This document shows, piece by piece, positions 1 to 12,252 of a DNA stretch of 64,000 bases. The position numbers and the translations under genes are program-made. The stretch covers positions 4,230,213-4,294,212 of the forward strand of contig CM082589.2 in the NCBI GenBank assembly GCA_040954595.2. Direction: 5' to 3'. Each line of letters starts with the position of its first letter. Positions within the stretch are counted from its first letter, which is position 1. Under the pieces are notes generated by a model. That model was not told the DNA's origin, ran no database searches, and saw only the letters and a program-made list of their open reading frames with translations. The DNA comes from Balanoglossus misakiensis. Lineage: Eukaryota; Animalia; Hemichordata.

Positions 1-33
1 CATCCATCCCCTTGAAATCAAATGGTTTCCCCT
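1..33. repeat. Terminal fragment of the same MITE family, cut by the window edge
   Basis: CCCCTTGAAATCAAATGGTTTCCCCT resembles CCCCCAGAAATCAAATGGTTCTCCCC at 51281-51306. Confidence 0.5.
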
Positions 34-3000
34 TAAACCGAGACGACGCCAAAATGGACGTCAACATTATTTCTTTATCAGGGTCGTATTCGCTAATGAA
101 ATAGGGGAAAATCATAAACTACATTTCTGGCTTATAGTCTTATTTTCTGTGATCGATAAAATCTGCGCCGTTTATAGAACAAATGTCAGTCTCTAAGGGC
201 CAGACGACGTAAAATGTAGGTCATTATATGATAGACCATAAAATTGTCGGAGTGAATCATAAACTAGTAAAAATAGAACACTATCAGTTCAACCAAAATA
301 CTCCTTTAAGTTTGATGAAACTGTTATATTTTTCTCTTTGCAATTTTGCACACAAAAATGGCATATTTTAATAGTCTCTTCTCCCTCTCTAGTCTTGAAG
401 AATGGCATGCCGGGTAATCACGTCGCGAGACCGTGCTCGTGGCGTAAATGTTGTGCTTTTAAACAAAAAGGACTCATGACTTTGGGAACCTGTCTTGACA
501 TCCATTCCGGCGCTCACTAAGATGATATCCAATCATTAAGTATGCGTACATTGCACTTTCAACAACTGAGCAACACAAGTGCCATAGCGCCCTGGAGCCC
601 CAAGTATTACATCCTCAAACCAAAGTGGCGATCTTTGAACATAATAACGAGGATTTAATGGCACTTTTACAATTTGATTCTAGCTTACAAATGACCTCAG
701 TAGGAAAAGCCTTGCGCGACTTGACCCAAAATAATCACATTATTGCACATGCCCCCATCACTTGTTGGGTACTCGCGTGATAAGGAATCACATTCTGCAC
801 TTATTACCGGCAGTTATTGCAATGTGGGGGAAATGTAGATTAAAAAGCTCTTATTACTTTGATATTAAATTTTGTGGTGCTACGTTTTGTGAAGGCCCGG
901 AAACAAATAATTGTGTCGTCACGCTTGAAAGATCGGGAATATGTAATGTATATTGATACAAGTGTAAAAACATTAGCGCTCGCAAATCGTCCGACAGATC
1001 ACAAAGATCACAAAGCAAAGTTGCTAACCGTGACGGGTATACACACGCGACTGCCGAAGAAAATATAGATATCCGCCCAAACTCTGATGGTTACAAGATA
1101 CTGTTTGCCGAAAGTGATATTGATTAGTGAAGAAAAACATTGGCATAATTCATATCTACCTAACGTTTCCCAATTGAATTTCTTTCGAAGTATATTGTCG
1201 GAGATTATAACGTAAGGAACGACCCTCCAATGAATCCTAGAAATGTTTGCTGTTTACTTCGAAGTAAATAGCCGTTAGAAATATATCGACCGTGACAAAA
1301 AAGATGACGAAGCCTTGTAGACGTTTGCCAGAATGGATTGAAAACTCGTTCCGGGGGAAAGACGTTTGGGAGTTGTGCAATCAGGTACCAGACACACTCT
1401 TTTAAAATTCAAAGTCTTAAAAGTTTTCTCATATTTTGCTCAAGGCGACTTAAGATTATGCTCTGAGAATATAAATCAGGGGGGAGGTCAATTCGGCAAT
1501 ACCATAATGCGGTACACATGCGCGGACGTTGACTTCTTTAATAGGGGTGGAGGAGGAAAAACTACAGGTCTTGTTACACGTAGGCAGATCAATGGTACTG
1601 ACAAAATTATCAGAAGTTACCGCTAACCTCCATCTTAGTTTTAGTGGGGCTTGGGGTAATTCGATATTAAATGGATTAGGGCTTTATGATTTGAAATAAA
1701 AATTAGCTGCTCATATCAATTCGATGGAACTTTTATTGCACATATGACAGGGTCTATGTACTTGCCATTTCTCGGACGAAATCTAGAACGCACGAATCAA
1801 TGTAATCTTCTTGGGTGACGTCACGTCGTTACTTCGGATTCGATAGTGTCAAAGCACTGGATTTTACAATATCGGAGCGTGTTAAACTCTGGAAGCACTG
1901 TTGGCATGGTTTTTTTTCGTTCGACGATAAATAACTACCGCTAAATTTTCACCGACGTGCGCTTCATCCCAGATCTATAAAGTTGGAGATAAAGTCGTGC
2001 TGTGGCTGACAGTTTCAGCGACTTGCCAACAGTTGATCGATGGATAATTGTCTCCCTGTGACTCCATTTCGTGAATTTTTAATGACGTAAGTGGCGAGTC
2101 TCCACTCCGGAAGGTTAAAGAGTGTAATCCTAATGTATAGCCGCTGCAAGAAGACCTGTTTCGTCCACACGTATACGACTGTTTGCCGATGGAGAGTGTG
2201 TTTATCGACCAAACGCGGCGTTCCATCTGCGTTAGGTATCCGCCATCCGCTGGGAGACGGTCTCAGATATTGCCTCTTCGCTTGGTAATTAGAAGTCACT
2301 GCACTAATGTGTTGATATTAAATCGATGTTGTTGATGATGACCAACTTCATGACCGGCTCTGTGTAACCTGAAGAATTGAGCCATTATCGTTTTGACGTC
2401 AGCAACACACCACCTCACCTCGCGGCATACATCAATGTCAGAATGCGCCATTTCGCGGCCGATGCACTAAACGACCGGAATTTTCAAGCCAAATTCTTTT
2501 CAAAACATTGCGTTTTTGTTTTGAAAATTCATCATTGTTTTAGAAGAGCATTGAATGATAAAACGGTTGCGTGTAGTAACATACCAAACAAAACACTGCC
2601 TTCAAAACACGAGATTGTATATAAGCATACAGAAAAAAGGCTTTGTCGAGTACATCTCAAGCGCCCCCCCTGATTCATGTAATTTAAAGGGTTCTAGATT
2701 AAATGTCGGATATAATGTCGAATATCACTTACATTACAATCCAATAATGCATCATTAACTTTTGTTACATAGGTAAATTCATGTCAAGAATCAATATACA
2801 TCGCAATGCCCCGAGAACAAAGCACCCAAAACCTGCCAGCACTGATCAAATGTAACATTCATAAATACTAGAAGTGAAAAATGGGTCTCACCCGTCCGAC
2901 CCCTTTCTAATCCACAGGGTGGGAAACTGGAACATCTCCATGATTTTTATGGCCGACCCGCGTTATTGACCTTGGGGAGAATTCAGCACATATAAATCTC

Positions 3001-3239
3001 TGAATCCCCCATTACTAAATTATTCTAGTTGATTGCGCCGTCAAGAAGCTGTCAGCAAACATTGAAAAGGTACTTGTATCGTATGTCTCAATAGCATTGT
3101 AAGCGTAAATGCACTGTTTTCATCTGGGACTTCTTATGTTTGGTAACCTAATTTCTGACTGAGACCGGCAGGCTAGCAGTTTTTGTCTAATTGACGTCGT
3201 TTTCTTTATGTCCTGTTAGAGTAGGTGGCACTGCAATGG

Positions 3240-3291
3240 ATAGACCATTTCCCGGGCTCCGCGAGACCTTGCGAGATCTCGAGTGGCTAGG
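3240..3291 (+). repeat. Solo terminal fragment of the TA|GAC TIR family
   Basis: 41/52 ungapped identity to 31318..31369, and similar to 30653..30694. Confidence 0.6.
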
Positions 3292-3759
3292 CAGTTTATG
3301 TGGCACGGCATTCTCACACGACAGAGCATGCAACTAAGTAGCATTTTTGTTAAACCTATTGTCCTATTCATACAAAGTTCGACTTGTATCACACTGTTAG
3401 CAACCCCGTAAATACTTTCATAATGTTATACATGTGTGAAATCAATTATTCTGTTGGCGGAACTGCAACTAACATATGAATTGGAACATAATAATAACAG
3501 AAGTTGATCCTTTATAGTAAAAATGTAATTGACTGGAATACTACTACGGACGAAAAATATCAGTACCATACTGTCCTTCGTTTGGAGGACTCGTATTTTA
3601 TTCAATTACAGTAAGCTTCCCTTTACTATGACAGTCAACAAAACTGCTCTTTAATCGTCCAGGTGACTATGCATATAAATTGGTGTTTCAGACTATAATG
3701 TGCGCCCGGTGAAAATAAATACGTATATTTTGCAACAACCCACGCACCTAGGGGGCCTG

Positions 3760-4013
3760 TCGACGTCCCAGCGGCCCAATCAGAGTCTTTCGGTTGAGTG
3801 ACGCGCGCTTTTCCTGTGAATTCCGATTTGGGTATAAATAGTTGTCAGAGAGCGTACGCGGATTTCATTTCGCGCAAATATTGGACTTGTCTACTCTGTA
3901 TAAAGGGACCACCACACTATCGACTTTCGTTAGAGTTTTCTGCAAGGATAAAACACGTTACTGAGAAATGGGGAATTGGCCAGACGATGCCCTTTGCCGA
4001 TATTGTAGTAAGT
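3760..4013 (+). promoter_or_regulatory. Candidate core promoter and untranslated first exon (possibly of receptor A)
   Basis: CCAATCAG at 3776, CRE half-site TGACG at about 3799, TATAAATA 3833-3840, Inr-like TCATTT 3865-3870 and donor GTAAGT 4008-4013 occur in the expected order. Confidence 0.35.
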
Positions 4014-7000
4014 ATATACATAATTATCTTATGAACTTTTAAAGACCATGCGATCATCATGTAAAAGGATTTTACGGCTGCAGCTTTGGGTCGATCGAGG
4101 TCTTCCATTCACTTTACAGCGACTGTAAATTTTGACTTATATTCACAATGCGGTTGCCGGAAATCTACCTTATAAACTGCCAAGCTTTTATTCATTTTCA
4201 ATCGACGGTTTTATGTCGCGAGCAATAACACCCTACCCCTCCCCGCATAAACATACGACTTGTAGTTTACTGGGTATGATTTATCGGACAATCTCGCAGA
4301 ATCCCGCATACTTTCACCATTTCGTGCAAAACGTACTGACAGTCGTCGTGTCAAGAATTCGAATGCGTGATTTTTTCTTTTCACCAATGCGTTTGAAAAC
4401 AATTACGGTTTAATCCAGAGAGCTTTTAAGAAGGAGGAAACGCATAAATCGAAATCCGTCCAACAATCACAGATGTCTGCATCTGTATGCCGCGTGCGAC
4501 ATTCTTGTTTTTGTGCATGTCGTCAGAAGTGAATAAGCTTAGTTTGCAAACCGAGTTAGATTTACCTCCACGTATTTATAGCCCGGGCACAAACTGAGCG
4601 ACGTTTTACCAATTTGCCATTCTGCACTCGACGATAATATTCACTCGACAAACTGCAATTCCTTATCACGGTTTCAAAGGGAGCACAAATGGTTTTTCCG
4701 CGGGGATATACTTGGGGTTTCTTTGTCCTTCAATTTTACCCAATTCAGCTAAATGCGCGGACCAATCCCCAGACATTAAAACCAAACTCGTTCTGTGCAG
4801 ATTTCAAATTTATCAGTAAACGCTTTTTCAGGCTGGACCGGACGCTTACTGAGTAGGGAATTGTACGCGCTGCCTCATATTCATGCAAATTACCTCAATT
4901 AAGTGCCGAAGAAAATCAAAATTTATCGAATCGCAGCGCGGCTAGATGGCTATAGATATGCCAACTTTTTTTCTTCTTCGTTGATGAATTTACCACGTTA
5001 CTTCCGAACGCCTGCCTGCCGATCATTCTAGTCACGTGCTCGTGTTTGCATCAGACGACAAATCCCTCTATTCAATTCGACAAATAATGCTGCATGCTTG
5101 GGTTTTGCAACGAGGAGGCTAGGCGTTCCCCGGGCCTAGAGTGGACGTGAACTGTTGACGCTTATACGTGTATGTAGACCTACAGCTTGCAATTACCTAC
5201 ACGCATTCCTATTTCTGTGAATTGCTGATGTTATCACGACACTCAAGCAACAAGCACTGTTGGGTTCTCATCTCGTCTAACCGTTCAATAAAAATTGCGA
5301 TAAACCTTATGATTTAAAATAAATTGTCGAACAAAGGTATTCGAATACATGTACTATTATTTTGAACTACGTGTCTCAGATATATTTTACTTCGCAGTAC
5401 CTTTTGTAAATCAATATAAATAATGAGCTATAATTATGCAAAACTTCCAATATAAAACATGACGTGCGGAATTCGAATTATTTCTACTGAAGGGAGTCAA
5501 ATCTGTAATTCTTGTATAGAACTGCTTAGAAAATTAAACCCATATATGTCGTTACCGGACAAAATTCAACGTGTGACAAAAAGTAGTCACGACGACAGAA
5601 TGATGAATCTATTTTGACTTCATATGAAGCCCAGCTATACGGAGCAAGGAACCTGGCTGCTTTTAATAACACTAAATCACCATCGTTCATAAAATATGCC
5701 CGAGGTTCCAAAACAGCTTCCGCAGTCGCGACCAGGTCAACGCTTAACTTTTCCACTAAATTGGCACGGGGGTATTAAAACCGTGAATAATGGCCAGAAT
5801 AAATTACGAGGCAATATTCGATAAGGAAAACTGTGACGGCCCTCATGCGATGAGGTGCTTGACTGACGAACGAGTCCGACCTTTGACCTTAATAAGTTTA
5901 TTGCTAATATTCGCCTGGTGATTGATGACAAACGGCTTTATTGGTGAGAGTAATCAAGATAAATTCTATAATCATCTCATGTGCGAGGCAATTACTGGGG
6001 TTATAGGTACACAGGAGTTTATTTAGCAGTGTAACTATGTTTACCTGTAGCTGTCAGCTTTTTTTATTCCGACTTTCTGACGGAAATAAAGTATTCGCGT
6101 TGGGACGCACGTATCATGTACTGTACCAGTATAGATGGGGTTTGATGGAATATTATAGTATACATTCTAGAAGTTATTTGTGACTAAAAGTTTTCTTGTC
6201 GAGCAAACCAAGAACACGCATCGCGTGTGGGCACGGTATTTTTCTCTTAAACACGAAATCAGTGAGTTTTGTTTTTAAAATTTCTCCCAGTGGTAAAAAA
6301 AGTCTGCTTGTGAGTTTCTCGCGAACTAAATCGTGACCCTCTTAAATGCATCTGCAACACCGCTAACCTTATTGGTAGAACGCTTGAGCGAGAGAAATCT
6401 GCGTCTCCGTTAAGTGGTGTCGATCTTCTTCTGCACATCCCCCCTGGGTCTCTCAGTTCGTGCCAAGATTTCAGAGTGGCAGACGGAAGACTAAACCGCG
6501 CGCATAATACTACAGTTCCGGGTCTCGGGATGTATTGGGGGATTAACGAGGAACGTAGATTTGAAACAGAATTGCTCTGCTGTGGACACAATCAGTCTTT
6601 GGCTGGAAACGTTGACAGGTTTATTTTGAATTATTGAACTTCTCAAAACAACCGGAGCCATGGGTACGAGGAACACAAAGTTATGGCTAGTAAGAACACC
6701 CGAAGGGATTGGAAGGTAAAACTTAAGATTACATCCCCCCTTTATGCTGGCCTGTGAAGAGTCTCGCATTAGTGGGCATTTTATCGCTTTGTACGAGCTA
6801 TATATAGGACTTTAACCGCCTACAAAAATTGACACTTCCTATTAAATAGGAATCATTATGAGATTTGGCGAATTTGTCACGTGTCGCCAGACGATTACGC
6901 CACACGGGGTATCATTTGATCTTCGCGGCCGCGCAACTTTTGATCGAACGAACGCACGTTGCGTGGTGTGCCAACGAACTTTGCAGCGCCAACTCAGTGC

Positions 7001-10000
7001 TGTCCAATTCGCCAAGGATGTCATCTTTGCCTGTTGATATACGACGCAATCTACTGCACCGCAATTACTTACTAGTTTCAGTGGGGGGAAATGCTTCCTG
7101 TTTACGCACAGCATAAATCTTCGATGAAAGCAACGTCCTATACTTTTCACACCATAACTAGTAAATACACTTTGTTGTCACTGTTTTTTTTTTCGTATTG
7201 ACGTTAGTAAGTTGGCATAAATCGTGGAGGTACTAACCCTGTTAATTCCAGTGTCCAATCCGGTACCAAATTCATCCGTTTGAATGTCTGTTGTGGGTTG
7301 TCTCAGTCTACTGGACTTTCTTGTCGGTTTAAAAGGCCCACATTTCTTGACTAGGGCATTTCTATAGACATAAACAAAATACATTTTGTCTGTGTATGAA
7401 ATTGTTTATTGGAAAACAAAGTGGGGCAAAGGGTTACCTGTGCATAACATATACCCCATGAAGAATATCCAGGGTTTAGCACTCCGATTGTCAGTGGTGA
7501 AGTCCACGTGACATGAATCGTAGACACTTGATACACAGAGACTGAGAGTAGGGGGCTCTGTCCATTAAAACGTTCTCAGACACCCTGTCTAAGTGCGCTG
7601 AACCCCCTAAGCTATACCAAGTCAAAGGGCAACGCGCTTTGAGCGACAAAACAACAATTTGAAATCCGCTGACTTAGCCCCCCTCCTTGTGTTAGGGCTG
7701 CGCAGATCTCATGCGTGAAACACGTCTTAATAATTGAAAATTAATCAGTCTCGCAATCGTTCCTAGCAATCGATGCCTGCGTTCGAGGATCATTGATATT
7801 GGTAAATTTGCGGGAGGAAAATGGCAAATAACTGCACAGGGAAATCCTCCCGTTGAAAGTAATTTACTTTCTAGGAGCCGGGCGCTCATCGAGAGCGAGA
7901 AATTGCCTGGTAAATGAAGATACTCTCAGCGAAGGTCAGTTGGTGTGTGTTTGCGATCTAAGCCGGGTGCCAAATATAGCAGCGTGATCGGCCAAAAGGG
8001 CAGGAGGCTAATGCGTTTTGAGTCGCTCTATTTCCACTTGATTGTATAACGCCTACTCGTCCCGGACGAAATCAATTCCTGGAGGCGCGAGGAAAGGAAA
8101 ATTTATCTGAATAATATTATTGTATGGAATTCGATGAATTTGTGCTGACTGAATAGTAAAAATGTCTTCTGTGCATGCAGCTTCGTATTGCATGCGATGC
8201 AAAAATTACCAAATTAAGGTCTGCTTCGTCTGCTGGTCTTTGACGGTTGAGGTAACGAGGTTGTCAAACACACTCGCGTTCCGTTTGTCAATAACAATTT
8301 GCTTTCAATGTTGATCTGGGCAAATTTGCCGCGGAATCTACGCGGTGGTACACACGTAGTACATATTTCGATTCTAAGATTTGAAAGGCAACGGTGTCAG
8401 AATTCCTGAGAGCTGCAAGCAATGTCTCTGAATTGCGCCATTTCCGCTAAGTGTACCGCGCGCATTTCTTCAGCTTCGTCTGTCAGATAGAATTAGGCTA
8501 TCATCGTCTGAGTTTCCCCACGACCATTCTACAGGTTCGGCCTTTATGGCGGAGATGTCATCATTAAGCGACCGCCTGTACTCCGCTAACCCACAGAGGC
8601 TGACATCCACCCCTATGCACGTCTTTGTTTGCGGTGCTAGCGACGACGTGAGATGGCTTCTGACAGCACGCGTCTACTCTGAAATCGGGGCGTGGCTGAT
8701 ATCGGCACGCGCCTTTCTCTTCCATCGCTTTCAAGCCATGAAATTGAACCCTTCCCTTTTATCTAATCACGGTATAAATTGAATCTTCCCGCACGGCTGG
8801 TGGAAACTTTTAAAAGTAGCTTGAACATATATTATGTTTCTGCTCTATGAATGTGAGGATATGGGACTTACCGGGACTATGGTTTCATGTCACACTGTCA
8901 GTCTTCTGAAGTCCACCACGCCATTTACAAATTTGCATTCTCATTAACATTTCCATTGTTCAATTTTCACACCCAACCCGTCTTTTGTTTTCTGACGCAC
9001 CTGGTCCTGCACATATTTCCTACTTTGAATACCCCATGATTCTCTGTTTCTCCGTTCATTCCACGTGTGCATCTGATGAAGGGGACTACATGTTCCCGAA
9101 AGCTCATGCTGTAGTTTCAACTCGTTGATCACAGAGTGCTACATAACTTTAATTCATATTGTACTGAAGATCAACACGGCAATACTCCTGCTTTAGAAAC
9201 CGCAATTCATGTAACAAGGCAAGCTCTGGTTGTAGTAAATTCCTCCATGTCTTATGATATTGGTGTCACGTACTTAAAAGAAGCAAAGATTAAATTGAAG
9301 CGTAATCGCTCCTGGCAGGGGTATGATAATTGCTCTTAATAAATACCGTACTTAACCGAGTGGATGTTTGGCGAGATTTTATCATCACTTGGAAAGATAT
9401 CCTGTCGAGATTCGTTCATAATTTAACACGTCGGTAACACTAGAACCTAAATGTACATGTAGTTGTTGGTGCAGATGTACATGTAGAAGAAAAAAGTCAC
9501 AGTCAAATGACAGAATCAGACCCAATAGTAATTACAGAATGGGACCTAACATTCAACATAGATGAATATTTATCATTCATGTCATGGCTGGAACCGGCGG
9601 TGGCTGCGTTACTTGATATGTACGACCTGCGTGGCTAAATTGTTAATTGAACTGCGTGAAGCAGCGTCGTACCTTATCTGTTTTTGAGAAACAGGTCAAT
9701 AAAGAGTTAAGTGTTCCAATTAGGAGCTATTTAACAATCTCATTATGAAGGGGGGAAGGAATACTACATGTATGTCATGCGGTTCAGGCTTTTGCAAGGT
9801 GACCTGAAAATGTGCGTTTAATAGAGTTTGCGACGTCATGTTCTGCACACACGCACACCGGGAACATGTAAAGGTTGTTTCCAAAGATTTGGCCCGTTTT
9901 GGGTCGTTTCAACACTTATCATATGCCCCAGTTATTGGCTGCATGTAAGTTTACGTGGTAAGTGTCATGTACATCAGACTGCGGCACCGACGAACTACAG

Positions 10001-10152
10001 TCGTCGTTTTGGACGTAGGCACCTCCCCATTCACGCACCGACATAAATTAGCATGGTAATTTCGGTGATCTCTTGTGTGCATGTGATTGGTCGGGGCACT
10101 TGAGCGGTAATGTAGCACCCACGGCTTTATTACTTTGCCGTTCTTCTTCCAG

Positions 10153-10343
10153 GGCTGTGATACCGCGGAACGCAGTAGACGTCACCACTGCTGGCCTGTG
10201 TCGATCACCGCCGCCGCCAACATCTATCATCGACATCATACAGCTTCCGACTAGTTCCGTGCAGTGGACTGGATTTCTCTCTACTCCAGCTGTATAGGAA
10301 TCATTTCACCGAGGTTTTGTATGACTGGACACCGGTGAGAAAA
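10153..10343 (+). other. Probable 5'UTR portion of receptor A exon, preceded by a splice acceptor
   Basis: TTACTTTGCCGTTCTTCTTCCAG ends at 10152; an alternative acceptor TTTCTCTCTACTCCAG ends at 10289. No transcript evidence. Confidence 0.5.
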
Positions 10344-10793
10344 ATGGAAGATTTACCGTGTGGCTCGGGGAATGTTAGCGTTCAGTTCAACGTATCTGGT
10401 AACTCCTCCTACCGGGGCGAGCTGCCGTATTACTTGCCGTGCGCCGCCGAGGCGAACTCCAGCGATTATGACTACTACTACGACTGGTCCGACTATTTCA
10501 TCAACGTGTACTTGCCCAAAGCCAAATCGTGGGTCTTCCCCTCAGCCCATGAATGGGTGCTCATCTGCGCGTACTTCTTCGTGTTTCTACTCGCCCTGGT
10601 CGGGAATATCCTCGTGTGTTACGCGGTTCTGAGGAACCAGCAGATGAGGACCGTGACCAACTATTACATCTTCAATCTCTCGGTGGCCGACATTCTCGTT
10701 TCCTTGATATGCCTGCCCGTAACCGTCGTTTTCGACACGTCGGAAACCTGGTTCTTCGGCGACGTGGCTTGCAAAGTGATTCCGTACTTTCAG
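10344..10793 (+). CDS. HCRTR: Receptor A coding exon 1 (N-terminus, TM1-TM3 start; MEDLPC...KVIPYFQ)
   Basis: Lies in ORF 10317..10808; ends CAG|GTATGT, phase 0; 150 codons. Confidence 0.94.
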
Positions 10794-12192
10794 GTATGTT
10801 TCAAATAAACTTCGTTAGTAACTGCTTGTTCCATCTGTCGGTCTGTGTTCCTCATCCTCCATTCCGTTACCATGTCAGCCCGTCATTCAATCACGTCATC
10901 CTCTCATCTGCTCCTGTCTCTCCCCCCTTTCTCTGTCTGTCTTTATCTGTCTCTCTGATTCTTTTGCCCTGTCTGTCTCTCACCCTCTCTCTCTCTCTCC
11001 TCCTCCTCCCCCTCCTCATCTTCCCTCTCCTCCCATCCCGTTTTATATCGTCTTTACGTCAGTGAGCGTCTGTTTGTTGGCATCTCTGGAATTCTCTCGG
11101 TTTAGACAGCGTGTGGAGCCTGGAATGGGATTATGATCAGGTACCTGCGATTATACGAGCCGGGAATAGTTTCCATAAATAAACAACCGGTGGATACAAA
11201 ATGATTACACGTGGTGAATACGACCATTTAGCTGTGGCAAATGATAAATTGAACGCAATACCAACCGGTTTCTTTCAACAGTTGCCGGAGCCGAGTGTCA
11301 CGTCGACTCAAATACTACTCAGTAGTCTGCCTGATTCTCTCTGTATAGATTTGGCGTCTGTACTTTCCGTTTGACCGTATCTAATGTAATTCAGCTGCCA
11401 TGTTTGCTCACGTTAGCGTTCTAATACACTACTTTATAGCCATTTTCATTACCTGTAACGCTTGGACGCACCCCATATAAATTATCCATACAACAATCAG
11501 TAGTAACCTTGATTTACGTTTAAAGCGTTCCGGGGCTCCGACTCTCCCCCCCCCCCCCCGCTGTAGCCACACATTTAAATATGACTCGTATTTTGGTCGT
11601 ATTATTGAGCAGACTCACACATAATCCAAATAATTTGAGGGATTAACCCAGGGTTTATACCCAGTTTGCCATATGTGATGACGTCGCAAGCCAGACTCCA
11701 GCGATCGAGCCTGCCACGGTATTTGCGTGGTTTGAAATCCCCTTTGTGGAGAGAGAGAGAGAGAAAAACCGGAATCGATATCCATTCGGATCAACATCTC
11801 CCTATCAGGAGTTTTTCTGTCTGTTTGTGAAAGTGGCCAACTGTTTGTTATCGCTCGCATCGTCTGTGCTCAGTCGTCGGTGAATGCGGAGTAATAATGA
11901 AAGCGTCGGTTTATTTCGCTCAACTTCCCGTGATGGACAGACTGCAGACTTCGGCGGATTACCGTCCTGACCCAAACCGCTGAGAGGTTTTTTTTTCTCA
12001 TCTGACACAGGTATCACAACTGTTATTATTTTCTCGAGGACCTTCAACTTCTCTGGCGCTGTCCATGTGCTTGCGATGAGCTCTTTCGAGAAGTTCAGTT
12101 GATTGCCTCTTAAACGTAATGACACAATAAGACGAGAGAGACATTCACGGAAACCTGCTTGTCCGAAGAGATTAGTTTCTGAAGTTTAGTTT

Positions 12193-12252
<60 letters not shown>

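Noticed and set aside
10317-10343. N-terminal extension MYDWTPVRK suggested by the ORF track
   Set aside because: The ORF caller used a TTG start; the first in-frame ATG with strong context is 10344.
10360-11065. Overlapping alternative-frame ORFs (10360..10632, 10553..11065) and similar ones over the other exons (e.g. 14004..14294, 21612..22085)
   Set aside because: Shadow ORFs caused by GC3-rich codon usage of the real exons and by run-on into CT-rich intron sequence.
12055-12073. REST/NRSE-like site GGCGCTGTCCATGTGCTT in receptor A intron 1
   Set aside because: Only one half-site is good, the spacer is one base short, and the presence of REST in this lineage is unknown.
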